Shown here piece after piece: positions 48,491 through 58,083 of a stretch of DNA of 64,000 nucleotides. Both the position numbers and the translations under genes were made by a program. The stretch is taken from the NCBI GenBank assembly GCA_020724865.1, contig DYGA01000005.1:4094-68093 (forward strand). Direction: 5' to 3'. The stretch's first letter is position 1. Every line of letters begins with the position of its first letter. This DNA comes from Candidatus Paceibacter sp. (lineage in GTDB: Bacteria > Patescibacteriota > Patescibacteriia > S139-126). Under the pieces are notes generated by a model. The model saw only the letters and a list, made by a program, of their open reading frames with translations, was not told the origin of the DNA and did no database searches.

Positions 48491-49588
48491 ATGTCACAAC
48501 TTGTCATAAAAGAAAATGAGCCGTTGGCTCGCCATACCAGTTTTCGGATAGGTGGGCCAGCCAGGTATTATATTAAAATAACCAGCGCCAATCAGTTGGT
48601 AGAAGCTATGGATTTTGTTGCAGAAAAAAAATTACCCTGGCTAGCTTTGGGCGGCGGTAGTAATATGTTAGTTAGTGATCAAGGTTATGAGGGAGTGGTA
48701 TTACATATTTGCCCCAAAGGAATGAAGTTAATCCAAATAGATGAGAACAGATTTGAACTAAAAGTTGGCGCTGGAGAAGTTTGGGATGACGTGGTAAATT
48801 TTGCTGTACTTCATAACCTATGGGGAATTGAAAATTTATCATATATTCCAGGTCTGGCCGGTGGTTTTCCCGTACAAAATGTCGGAGCTTACGGTCAAGA
48901 AGCCAGTCAAGTTATAAAAGAAGTTTATGTTTATGATATAAAGACTAAACAGTCAAGAGTGTTGAATAAGGATGATTGTCAGTTTGCTTATCGGCAGAGT
49001 ATTTTCAATACCACTCAAAAAGAAAAATATATAATTACCGGTTTGACTCTTGATTTAGTAACTACTCCACAACCAAATTTAGCTTATAAGGATTTGGCCG
49101 AATATTTTACCAATAAGACTCCTACCTTGTTGGAAATTAGACAGGCGGTAATAGCTATTAGGGACAAAAAATTGCCTCACCCCAAAGATATAGGCAGCGC
49201 TGGTTCATTTTTTAAAAATTTGGAATTAAGCTTGGATCAGTATAAAAATATGGCAGAGATGGTGAAAGGAAAATTGGGTCAAGAAAAATATGAGGATTTG
49301 GAGAAATTAGTCAGACACACAGCCACGGGTATTAAAGTGCCCACCGCTTTTGTCATTGATAAATTACTGGGTTTGAAAGGTTTGCAAATTGGCGGAGCAA
49401 AAATCTATGAACAACAAGCCTTGGTCATTATCAATTATTCCGGACAAGCTCAAGCCAGTGATGTTTTATCAATTTTTAAAAAAGTTAGAACCCAAGCTAA
49501 ACAATTATTGGGTATTGAAATATTACCCGAACCAAATTTGATTGGCTTTAGTCAAAATGAATTGGATTATTATTTTTCTTTTGAGTAG
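48491..49588 (+). CDS. murB: UDP-N-acetylmuramate dehydrogenase
   Basis: HTSFRIGGPA, LGGGSN, QNVGAYG, SAGSFFKN. Confidence 0.96.
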   Translation: MSQLVIKENEPLARHTSFRIGGPARYYIKITSANQLVEAMDFVAEKKLPWLALGGGSNMLVSDQGYEGVVLHICPKGMKLIQIDENRFELKVGAGEVWDDVVNFAVLHNLWGIENLSYIPGLAGGFPVQNVGAYGQEASQVIKEVYVYDIKTKQSRVLNKDDCQFAYRQSIFNTTQKEKYIITGLTLDLVTTPQPNLAYKDLAEYFTNKTPTLLEIRQAVIAIRDKKLPHPKDIGSAGSFFKNLELSLDQYKNMAEMVKGKLGQEKYEDLEKLVRHTATGIKVPTAFVIDKLLGLKGLQIGGAKIYEQQALVIINYSGQAQASDVLSIFKKVRTQAKQLLGIEILPEPNLIGFSQNELDYYFSFE

Positions 49589-49650
49589 AATAAAGAATAT
49601 ATATTAGGTAAAAAAAATAAATAAATTTTTTTATTTTAATTATTTATTTT

Positions 49651-49989
49651 ATGAACAATTTAACGCAAAAAAAATGTGTTCCCTGCGAAGGCGGAACTGA
49701 TCCCCTGACAGGCGATGAATTGAAAAAATATTTTGCTATGCTGAATAATTGGCAAGCAGCGAATGATCAAAAAAGTATTTATCAGGAGTTTAAATTTGCT
49801 GATTTTGCGGCTGCCTTGGCTTTTGTCAATCAAGTTGGGGCTTTAGCTGAGGCTGAAGGTCATCATCCAGATTTAGAAATTTTTGGCTATAATAAGGTAA
49901 AAATTAAACTATCCACCCATGCCATTGGGGGATTATCTGAAAATGATTTTATTATGGCTGCCAAAATTAACGAACTTATAAATAAATAA
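49651..49989 (+). CDS. Pterin-4a-carbinolamine dehydratase family
   Basis: EGHHPD, THAIGGLSENDF. Confidence 0.92.
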   Translation: MNNLTQKKCVPCEGGTDPLTGDELKKYFAMLNNWQAANDQKSIYQEFKFADFAAALAFVNQVGALAEAEGHHPDLEIFGYNKVKIKLSTHAIGGLSENDFIMAAKINELINK

Positions 49990-50089
49990 AAGTTAATCTG
50001 TGCATATCTCTTGATTGATATTTTATGGACAGTTATTTGTTAATATGCTAATATATAAAGGAAATTTAATAATTAATTAAGATTTAAGT

Positions 50090-50371
50090 ATGGCAAAAAT
50101 GACGAAGTCACAAATGCTCCAAGTTCTCGCCGAGAAGTCGGGGCTGCCTAAAAAGCAGGTAACTGCTTTGTTAGATGCCATGGTCGAATTGGCATATAAA
50201 GAAGTAAAGACCAGTGGCCAGTTTGTCGTGCCGGGCATTGGTAAGTTGGTAAAGGTCCATCGCGCTGCTCGAATGGGCAGAAACCCAGCTACCGGCGAAC
50301 AGATTCAAATTCCGGCCAAAACTGTGGTTAAATTCAGAGTTGCCAAAGCTGCTAAAGAAGCAGTCCTATAA
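50090..50371 (+). CDS. hup: HU family DNA-binding protein
   Basis: ARMGRNPATGE, IPAK. Confidence 0.95.
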   Translation: MAKMTKSQMLQVLAEKSGLPKKQVTALLDAMVELAYKEVKTSGQFVVPGIGKLVKVHRAARMGRNPATGEQIQIPAKTVVKFRVAKAAKEAVL

Positions 50372-50387
50372 ATAAAAGAAATTTCTA

Positions 50388-50422
50388 TATTCAAAAAAGT
50401 CCTGATTGGACTTTTTTGAATA
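50388..50422 (+). terminator. Hairpin/terminator after HU
   Basis: TATTCAAAAAAGTCC-TGATT-GGACTTTTTTGAATA. Confidence 0.75.
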
Positions 50423-50435
50423 TAGGTTAAATTTA

Positions 50436-51593
50436 ATGCCGCCACGTAAAAAAACATTCTCTTTCATATATTTTTTGGGATTTTTATGGTCCCTGGCTTT
50501 TTCTTTGCCACTTTATGTGCAATCAAGTTTTATTAGTTCAATTGTAGGTTTAGAAAATGTAGGACTCGTAGTTTTTATTAGTAATTTGGTTTCTTTTTTA
50601 ACTTTGGTAGGTTATGGCAGGCTGATTAGACGTTTTAGTAATTGGCGGGTAGCTATTGGTATGGTCATCCTAAATTTGTTGACGGTTTTATTTTTAGTTT
50701 TGTCAACCGGATTATGGTCAATATTTTTGTATATTATGGTATTTATTACCATGAATCTTTTTGGAGTAAACTTGGATTTATTTTTAGAATCAATTTCTGA
50801 TGACAGTGATACCGGTAGAATTCGCACTAATATGTTGGCAGTTCAAAATGTGGCTATTTTTTTAGCTCCTATGTTGATGGGTTATATTGTAGGGGATAAC
50901 AATTATTTGCGGATTTATTTAATCGGCGGAGTGATATTTTTTCCTGTTTTATTTTTATTGTTTTACCAAAAAAAATTGGTTGTTGATCGAATTGAATATA
51001 ATGAACGTTCGTTTAGAGTCCTACGTCAGTTATTCAAAGTCAATAAAAATATTCCCCGAATATTTGTTATTCAATTTGCCTTGCGATTCTTTTTTGCTGC
51101 CATGGTCTTATATACGCCAATTTATTTACACGATAATTTAGGTTTTAGTTGGTCGCAAATTGGCCCGATGTTTACCATTATGTTATTGCCATTTTTACTT
51201 TTACAAATTCCTGCTGGCAGAATAGCTGATAAAGTGTTAGGAGAAAAAGAGATGACCATTACTGGTTTGATTTTTATGATTACTTTTACGACGGTAATTA
51301 TATTTTTTTCCAGTGAATCGTGGTTATTGTGGGCATTTGTGTTGTTTTTGACCAGAGTCGGCGCATCTTTGGTGGAGGCAATGAACGAATCTTTCTTTTT
51401 TAAACAGATTAGCAGTCAAGATGTTGATATAATCAATATGTTTCGTGATTTACAACCCATAGGTTGGTTGTCAGCGGCGGCTGTGACTTTTGTTTTGTTG
51501 CATTATTTTTCCATTATTTCAATTTTTGTAGCCGTTGTTATAATATTAATTTTGGCTTTGTGGCCAGCGATAAAATTAGTTGATACAAAATAA
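50436..51593 (+). CDS. MFS transporter
   Basis: About 12 TMs, GRIADKVLGEK motif. Confidence 0.88.
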   Translation: MPPRKKTFSFIYFLGFLWSLAFSLPLYVQSSFISSIVGLENVGLVVFISNLVSFLTLVGYGRLIRRFSNWRVAIGMVILNLLTVLFLVLSTGLWSIFLYIMVFITMNLFGVNLDLFLESISDDSDTGRIRTNMLAVQNVAIFLAPMLMGYIVGDNNYLRIYLIGGVIFFPVLFLLFYQKKLVVDRIEYNERSFRVLRQLFKVNKNIPRIFVIQFALRFFFAAMVLYTPIYLHDNLGFSWSQIGPMFTIMLLPFLLLQIPAGRIADKVLGEKEMTITGLIFMITFTTVIIFFSSESWLLWAFVLFLTRVGASLVEAMNESFFFKQISSQDVDIINMFRDLQPIGWLSAAAVTFVLLHYFSIISIFVAVVIILILALWPAIKLVDTK

Positions 51594-51844
51594 TGACTGA
51601 CAATATTGAAGAAAAAGAAATAATAAAAAACGTTAAACGTTTGGTAACTGCGATGGAGGTTGTTTACAATAAACCCGGGATTATTTTTTGGCGCGGATTT
51701 ATCAGAGGTGTCGGGTATGGTCTGGGCGCTACCGTAGGAGTGGCGATTGTACTTTTGTTTTTATCTTGGTTAGCCAGTCAATTGGGCGGTATCCCGGCTT
51801 TGACTGAATGGTTAAATAAATTCAGCAAAAATTTACCTTTGTAA
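51593..51844 (+). CDS. Small membrane protein (DUF5665-like)
   Basis: FWRGFIRGVGYGLGATVG. Confidence 0.7.
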   Translation: MTDNIEEKEIIKNVKRLVTAMEVVYNKPGIIFWRGFIRGVGYGLGATVGVAIVLLFLSWLASQLGGIPALTEWLNKFSKNLPL

Positions 51845-51887
51845 CCACTATTATCAAAAATTGCTAAATTTAATATATTTGTTATAA

Positions 51888-51906
51888 TCCTAGTATTACA
51901 CTAGGA
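51888..51906. promoter_or_regulatory. Rrf2/IscR-type operator adjoining the suf promoter
   Basis: TCCTAGT-N5-ACTAGGA directly after TATAAT. Confidence 0.65.
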
Positions 51907-52010
51907 GTTTTTGATTAATTATTAATAACCAATTATCAATTATTAATAAATTTTATAATTATTTAATTTTTAATTTGAAAATTAATTAGTAATTAGTTAT
52001 TAATATTATT

Positions 52011-52421
52011 ATGTCTTTCTTAAAAGCATCAACCAAAGAGCAGTATTTACTTAGATTAGCTTTACGTTTGGCTAAAACTTATTATACCCGTCAACCGTTG
52101 TCTTTACAGCAAGTTGCTAAACAAGAAAAAATCTCAGAAAAATATTTGGAAGAATTGGTCGTTTTTTTAAAACAACAGGGCTTGGTTCGGGCTAAATTGG
52201 GGCGTAACGGTGGGTATATTTTTAAAAAAAATCCTCGTTTAGTTTCCGTTTGGGATGTTTTATTTGCTGAAAAAAAATATCCTAAATTGGCTACTTGTTT
52301 GGAACATAATAGTTTTTGTCCGTTGGTTATCGGTTGTCAAGCTAAAATTGTCTGGCAAAAAGTCCAAACTGAGGTGGAAAAAACATTAAACAAAGTTACT
52401 TTGAATTCATTAATTAGTTAA
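52011..52421 (+). CDS. Rrf2 family (IscR-like) regulator
   Basis: ISEKYLEE, GRNGGY, three C-terminal Cys. Confidence 0.9.
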   Translation: MSFLKASTKEQYLLRLALRLAKTYYTRQPLSLQQVAKQEKISEKYLEELVVFLKQQGLVRAKLGRNGGYIFKKNPRLVSVWDVLFAEKKYPKLATCLEHNSFCPLVIGCQAKIVWQKVQTEVEKTLNKVTLNSLIS

Positions 52422-52425
52422 TTGT

Positions 52426-53169
52426 ATGGCATCACTTCTTATTATAAAAAACTTAAAAGTTAATATTGAAAACAAGCCAATCCTAAAAGGGGTAAATTTG
52501 CAAGTGCCAGTTGGTAAGGTAGTGGCTTTGATGGGAAAAAATGGCAGCGGTAAATCGACTCTGTCGCATGTATTGATGGGTAGCCCTGAATATAAGGTTG
52601 TTGGTGGCAGTGTTAGTTTAGGAGGTAAAAATATTTTACATTTATCAGCTGACGAGCGGGCTAGATTAGGAATATTTTTGGCTTTTCAATATCCCTATGA
52701 AATACCTGGACTGTCGGTATATCATTTTTTGCAAACTGCTGTTCAAGCTGTGCGTGGTAAAAAATTTAATATTGAAAAGTTTAAACAAGAATTAAAAGTA
52801 GCCATGAGCGATTTAAAATTATCGGAAAATTTTTTACAGCGAGGTTTAAATGAAGGTTTTTCGGGCGGTGAAAAAAAACGCATGGAGATTTTACAACTTA
52901 AATTATTACGACCCCGTTTGGCTATTTTGGATGAAACTGATTCGGGTTTGGATATTGATGCTCTTAAATTGGTAGCTGTTAATGTTAAGAAAATGGTTAA
53001 GCAGAAAATGTCGGTTTTGGTCATAACTCATTATCAAAGATTGCTTAATTTTTTACCTCCCGATCAAGTCCATATTATGCATGAAGGCAGGATTGTTCAA
53101 AGCGGACAGGGTAGTTTAGTAAAAAAATTGGAGCAGCAAGGCTATGATTGGCTGGAGAGAAAGAATTAA
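52426..53169 (+). CDS. sufC: Fe-S assembly ATPase SufC
   Basis: GKNGSGKST, FSGGEKKR, LDETDSGLDID. Confidence 0.98.
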   Translation: MASLLIIKNLKVNIENKPILKGVNLQVPVGKVVALMGKNGSGKSTLSHVLMGSPEYKVVGGSVSLGGKNILHLSADERARLGIFLAFQYPYEIPGLSVYHFLQTAVQAVRGKKFNIEKFKQELKVAMSDLKLSENFLQRGLNEGFSGGEKKRMEILQLKLLRPRLAILDETDSGLDIDALKLVAVNVKKMVKQKMSVLVITHYQRLLNFLPPDQVHIMHEGRIVQSGQGSLVKKLEQQGYDWLERKN

Positions 53170-53240
53170 GAATAATTATTAATTACTAATTATTAATAAC
53201 TAATGAATTTTATAATTAATTAATAAATTAAATCATTGAT

Positions 53241-53262
53241 TCCTGCCTACCGGCAGGCAGGA
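53241..53262. repeat. GC-rich palindrome inside an AT-rich heptamer array
   Basis: TCCTGCCTACCGGCAGGCAGGA. Confidence 0.7.
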
Positions 53263-53300
53263 GTAATTAGTTATTTATAATTTTAATATTTATAAATATA

Positions 53301-54701
53301 ATGTCTCCAGTCAAAAATATATCAATTAATCCGGCTAAATATTATTTTCGCGATAACCATCGTCCGATTTTACGTGCTCCAAAAGGATTAAATGCTGATG
53401 TGGTTAAACTGATTTCTGCCCAAAAAAAGGAACCAGCTTGGTTGTTGGAAATGCGTTTAAGAGCATTGAAAATTTTTTTAGAAAAACCCTTGCCGACTTG
53501 GGGGGCTAATTTAAGCAAGATTGATTTTTCGGATATTTATTATTATATTAGACCAGCTCAAGAACGAGGGCTAACCTGGCAAGATGTACCAGAAAAAATA
53601 AAAAAAACCTTTGACCGACTGGGCATACCTCAAGCTGAAAGAAAATTTTTAGCTGGTGTTGGTGCTCAGTATGAGTCCGAAATGATATACCATAGTTTAA
53701 AAGATAAATGGTCTAAATTGGGCGTAATTTTTGCAGATATGTCAGAAGCGCCAGTTAAATATCCTGATTTAGTTAAAAAATATTTTGGTAAAATTGTTCC
53801 CAGTAAAGATAATAAATTTGCGGCTCTCAACAGCGCGGTTTGGTCGGGCGGTTCATTTATTTATGTGCCTCGAGGGGTGAAAGTTGAAATACCTTTACAG
53901 GCTTATTTTCGTATAAATGCCGCTGGTATGGGTCAATTTGAACGAACGCTGATAATTGCTGATGAAGGCTCTTCTGTCCATTATATTGAAGGTTGCACCG
54001 CGCCTATGTATTCTAGGGACTCTTTGCATGCGGCAGTAGTTGAGTTAGTTGCGTTAAAAGGCGCTCATATCAGATATACTACTATTCAAAATTGGTCACA
54101 TAATGTTTATAACTTGGTGACCAAACGAGCCTGGGCTGAAGAGGAGGCAGTGGTTGAATGGATAGATGGCAATTTGGGTAGTAAGGTAACTATGAAATAT
54201 CCTTGTGTAATACTAAAAGGCAGAAAATCCCGAGCAGAGATTATTTCTGTTGCTTTTGCTAATTCCAATCAACACCAAGATGCTGGCAGTAAGGTTATTC
54301 ACTTAGCGCCAGAGACTAGCTCCAATGTAATTGCTAAATCTATTGCCAAAGGTAATGGTCGCACTACCTATCGTGGTTTAGTCCAGGTTGATAAACGGGC
54401 AAACAAAGCCAAAGTTAAAGTTAAATGTGATGCTTTATTGATTGATCGGCAGTCACGCAGTGATACTTATCCTACAATGCGTATAGATAATGATAATGTT
54501 ACCATTGAACACGAAGCTACGGTAGCTAAAATTGGCGAACAACAGCTTTATTATTTAAATTCCCGGGGATTGGATACAGAAACAGCTGAACGTTTGATTG
54601 TTTCCGGGTTTTTTGAAGTATTTGCCAGAGAGTTGCCGATGGAATATGCTTTAGAGTTAAATCGACTAATTGCTCTGGAAATGGAAGGGAGTGTTGGTTA
54701 A
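53301..54701 (+). CDS. sufB: Fe-S assembly protein SufB
   Basis: GQFERTLII, YIEGCTAP, EHEAT, EMEGSVG. Confidence 0.98.
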   Translation: MSPVKNISINPAKYYFRDNHRPILRAPKGLNADVVKLISAQKKEPAWLLEMRLRALKIFLEKPLPTWGANLSKIDFSDIYYYIRPAQERGLTWQDVPEKIKKTFDRLGIPQAERKFLAGVGAQYESEMIYHSLKDKWSKLGVIFADMSEAPVKYPDLVKKYFGKIVPSKDNKFAALNSAVWSGGSFIYVPRGVKVEIPLQAYFRINAAGMGQFERTLIIADEGSSVHYIEGCTAPMYSRDSLHAAVVELVALKGAHIRYTTIQNWSHNVYNLVTKRAWAEEEAVVEWIDGNLGSKVTMKYPCVILKGRKSRAEIISVAFANSNQHQDAGSKVIHLAPETSSNVIAKSIAKGNGRTTYRGLVQVDKRANKAKVKVKCDALLIDRQSRSDTYPTMRIDNDNVTIEHEATVAKIGEQQLYYLNSRGLDTETAERLIVSGFFEVFARELPMEYALELNRLIALEMEGSVG

Positions 54702-54702
54702 T

Positions 54703-55773
54703 ATGTCAAAAAAAATATCAGCCAAAATTAAATTAGCAAAAATTAATTGGCCCAACATTTTGAAAAGTTGGGATTTAACCAAAAAATTAAAAACTGATTT
54801 TTCTCTACCCTTACAAGATAAAAATAAAATAAAGATCAAAACCACAGGTAATATTAGTTGGCAGATTTTTCGTTTTGATCAAGCTCCACTGAAATTACAA
54901 AAAAAATATTTAACCAGTCAGCAGGATTTTACTTGGTCCAGTCAAGCCATATTTTCAATGATTAAAAACCATTGGTTGGTAGATATTAAAATTTTTGGTG
55001 ATGGTGAATTATTTTGGCAAATGGATTCTGCTGATTTGGGAGGCATATACTTTTTTGTCCAAGGCCAGGGCGAAATTACTATAAACGAAAAACAAAACAG
55101 GTCAGTATGTCAATTGGTGATGATAGATGTGGGCAATTTAGTGACATTGCACTACAGTTTAAATAAGCAACAAATTAAAGGATTTACATTTTTGTCTTAT
55201 CAAGCTCGTTTAGGTAAGCAAAGTAATTGTTTTTGGGAAATTGGTTTAAAAAATAAAGCTTGGTTGGTTGGATCTTTTGTTACCAAACTTTTAGGCACAG
55301 GCAGTCAGAATAATTATTTGTTTGGTGGCAGAATTAGCGGGCAAAGTAAAACTTATTTAAATTTTTTAAATCAGCATTTAGTTCCTAATACTACCGGTGA
55401 TATGTTGATAAAAGCCATAGCCGAAGATAAATCGCAAACCATAATCGCAGGCTTGATTGATATTGGTTTAAAATCAACCAATGCCAATTCCTATTTACAG
55501 GAAGATATTCTGTTATTATCGGCTCAAGCTAGAGCCTCGGCTTTACCCAATTTAGAAATTTTAAATCGTGATGTCAAAGCTTCGCACGGCGCCACAGTGG
55601 GTAGAATTGATGAAGAAATGCTTTATTATTTAATGAGTCGTGGTTTATCCAAAATGGTTGCTACGGAACTGATTGTATCTGGATTTTTTCATTCACTTGG
55701 TAGTAAAATTACTGATAGACAAAGGCAGCGCAAGCTTTTTAATTTATTATTAGCTAAAGATATAAGTAAGTGA
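54703..55773 (+). CDS. sufD: Fe-S assembly protein SufD (divergent N-terminus)
   Basis: PNLEI..DVKASHGATVG, YLMSRG. Confidence 0.88.
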   Translation: MSKKISAKIKLAKINWPNILKSWDLTKKLKTDFSLPLQDKNKIKIKTTGNISWQIFRFDQAPLKLQKKYLTSQQDFTWSSQAIFSMIKNHWLVDIKIFGDGELFWQMDSADLGGIYFFVQGQGEITINEKQNRSVCQLVMIDVGNLVTLHYSLNKQQIKGFTFLSYQARLGKQSNCFWEIGLKNKAWLVGSFVTKLLGTGSQNNYLFGGRISGQSKTYLNFLNQHLVPNTTGDMLIKAIAEDKSQTIIAGLIDIGLKSTNANSYLQEDILLLSAQARASALPNLEILNRDVKASHGATVGRIDEEMLYYLMSRGLSKMVATELIVSGFFHSLGSKITDRQRQRKLFNLLLAKDISK

Positions 55774-57017
55774 CGCAAATAAAAGACAACAATATAAAAA
55801 ATGATTTTCCGATTTTTAAACAGGCCAAAGTAAAAAAACGTCCTTTGGTATATTTAGATAGCGCCGCCACCAGTCAAAAGCCACATAGTGTAATAAATGC
55901 CGTGTCTGATTGGTATGAACGTTTTAATGCCAATATTCATCGGGGCGTGTATGAACTGTCAGAAACTGCTACCAAGAAGTATGAATTATCAAGACAGGTG
56001 ATAGCCAATTTTATAAATTCGCCAAGTTCCAGACAAGTCGTCTTTACCAGAGGCACAACTGAAGGTATAAATTTAGTGGCGGAAGCTTGGGCAAGAAAAA
56101 ATTTGCGTGCGGGTGACGCTATATTACTTACCACTATGGAGCATCATGCCAATCTGGTACCATGGCAAGAGTTAGCTCAGAGGAAAAGATTGAAATTAAA
56201 ATTTTTGGAATTTGACAATCAAGGTGAGTTGATTTTGGCTAATTTAGCCAAGCAGTTAATGGGGGTAAAGTTGGTAAGTTTGGTTTATGTATCCAATGTT
56301 TTAGGGACCATAAATCCCGTCAAAAAGATTATCAATATTTGTCATCAAAAAAAAATTCCGGTTTTAATTGATGCCGCTCAAGCAGCACCGCATTTGCCGA
56401 TTGATGTAAAGAAACTTGATTGCGATTGGTTGGTATTTTCTGGACATAAAATGCTGGGTCCGACTGGGATCGGAGTATTGTATGGCAAAAGAGAAAGATT
56501 TGAAGAAATGGATGTTTATCAAACCGGTGGTGATATGATAAGAAATGTGACTTTAACTAAAAGTACCTATGCTACTTATCCACAAAAATTTGAAGCAGGA
56601 ACGCAAGCTTTAGCAGAAGTTGTAGGTTTGGCTGAAGCAGTTATTTATTTACAAGCAATCGGTATGGAACGAGTATCTAGCCATGATCAAAAATTAGTTA
56701 CTTATGCTTATCAGCAGATGAAGAAGATTAAAGCTGTGGAAATTTACGGACCGCAGACGATTAAACGGTCAGGTAGCATTGCTTTCAATGTGCAAGGAAT
56801 TCACGCTCATGATTTAGCCACTTTTTTAGCTGATCGGGGTATTTGTATTAGAGCCGGACATCATTGTGCTCAGCCACTACATGAAAAACTGGGAATACCT
56901 GCTTCGGCTCGAGTGAGTTTTTATATTTACAATGACAAACGTGATGTTGATTTATTTATTTCGGCTTTACAGGCAATTATTAAAGAGTGGGAAAGTATAA
57001 AAGCACGTAACACATAG
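55770..57017 (+). CDS. sufS: Cysteine desulfurase SufS
   Basis: YLDSAATSQKP, SGHKMLGP, RAGHHCAQP. Confidence 0.97.
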   Translation: MTQIKDNNIKNDFPIFKQAKVKKRPLVYLDSAATSQKPHSVINAVSDWYERFNANIHRGVYELSETATKKYELSRQVIANFINSPSSRQVVFTRGTTEGINLVAEAWARKNLRAGDAILLTTMEHHANLVPWQELAQRKRLKLKFLEFDNQGELILANLAKQLMGVKLVSLVYVSNVLGTINPVKKIINICHQKKIPVLIDAAQAAPHLPIDVKKLDCDWLVFSGHKMLGPTGIGVLYGKRERFEEMDVYQTGGDMIRNVTLTKSTYATYPQKFEAGTQALAEVVGLAEAVIYLQAIGMERVSSHDQKLVTYAYQQMKKIKAVEIYGPQTIKRSGSIAFNVQGIHAHDLATFLADRGICIRAGHHCAQPLHEKLGIPASARVSFYIYNDKRDVDLFISALQAIIKEWESIKARNT

Positions 57018-57081
57018 CACACAGCACGTAACACATAACATGTAACATGATGATATAGTTGTGTGTTAGATGCTACAGGTA
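57002..57081. repeat. Inverted heptamer arrays (AACAYRT-type), empty site
   Basis: Seven units 57002-57050, about three inverted units 57061-57081. Confidence 0.8.
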
Positions 57082-57091
57082 TCATAAATTT

Positions 57092-57454
57092 ATGGATCTA
57101 TATCAGCAAAAAATAATGGATCATTATTTACACCCCAGGCATCAGGGTAAAATTGGCAAACCTACTAAAAAGTTTACTGGTGAAAATATATCTTGCGGTG
57201 ATAAAGTTGATTTTGAGGTTGTCTTGGACAGTCGTGGTAAAATTAAACAGGTAGGTTGGCAGGGTAGTGGTTGTACAATTTCTCAGGCGGCAGCGTCAAT
57301 TTTGGCAGATGAAATGATTGGTAAAACCATTAAACAGGTGCAAAGTATAAGTTCGGATAAGTTTTTACAAGATTTAGAAGTTGAATTATCACCGGCGCGG
57401 CAAAAGTGTGCTCTATTACCTTTATATACGGTTAAGGAAGAAGAGTTAGGATAG
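57092..57454 (+). CDS. sufU: SufU/IscU scaffold
   Basis: SCGD, GCTISQAAAS, RQKCALL. Confidence 0.93.
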   Translation: MDLYQQKIMDHYLHPRHQGKIGKPTKKFTGENISCGDKVDFEVVLDSRGKIKQVGWQGSGCTISQAAASILADEMIGKTIKQVQSISSDKFLQDLEVELSPARQKCALLPLYTVKEEELG

Positions 57455-57537
57455 AATTATAAATTTTAAATTTTAAATTATAAAAAAATAGTCATTAGTT
57501 TAAAATTTAAAATTTATAATTTAAAATTAATTAATCT

Positions 57538-57618
57538 ATGTACAAAAAGAAAAAACAAGCTAGAAAAAAACAACTAAAAAAACGTGGTAAAAAAATCGGA
57601 TTACTCCATTATCGATAA
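57538..57618 (+). CDS. Putative 26-aa Lys-rich peptide
   Basis: MYKKKKQARKKQLKKRGKKIGLLHYR, ending just before the terminator. Confidence 0.45.
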   Translation: MYKKKKQARKKQLKKRGKKIGLLHYR

Positions 57619-57621
57619 GAA

Positions 57622-57648
57622 AAACTCCCGTATTATAACGGGAGTTTT
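57622..57648. terminator. Bidirectional terminator
   Basis: AAAACTCCCGT-ATTATA-ACGGGAGTTTT. Confidence 0.85.
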
Positions 57649-57658
57649 ATTTTATTAT

Positions 57659-57880
57659 TTAAACTTTCTGCTCCGATTGATTTTTTTTCGATTCTTTTTC
57701 TGCAATATAAATGGTGATCGCACCACAGACAATTGAAGCGATTATAGCGCTTATAGTTACAGTAGAGATTTGCTCTTCATTGTTGGGATTGAAAATAACT
57801 AAACAGATGGGGAAAATAATGAAAATATATAAGCCGCTATAAATTAAAAATTGGATAAAAAAGATAACAATTTTTTTCAT
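57659..57880 (-). CDS. Small two-TM protein
   Basis: AAGGAG SD; hydrophobic hairpin. Confidence 0.7.
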   Translation of the reverse strand: MKKIVIFFIQFLIYSGLYIFIIFPICLVIFNPNNEEQISTVTISAIIASIVCGAITIYIAEKESKKNQSEQKV

Positions 57881-57991
57881 TTAACGCTCCTTTTTATTGT
57901 TAATGTTTTTGATTAATTATTTTAACATATTGGCAATTGAAGTTATCCACATATTCTAAAAATAGGCAATTTTGGCTTATTTTTTTGTACA

Positions 57992-58021
57992 TTGACTTTC
58001 GGTTTTTTTTCGGTATATACT
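57992..58021 (+). promoter_or_regulatory. lexA promoter with TTCGG-N6-TTCGG direct repeat (candidate SOS box)
   Basis: TTGACT-18-TATACT; repeat at 57998-58013 in the spacer. Confidence 0.65.
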
Positions 58022-58083
58022 ATACATGTAACATATAACACATAACATATAACAGAAATATTATAAAAAATTGTTAAAATTAT

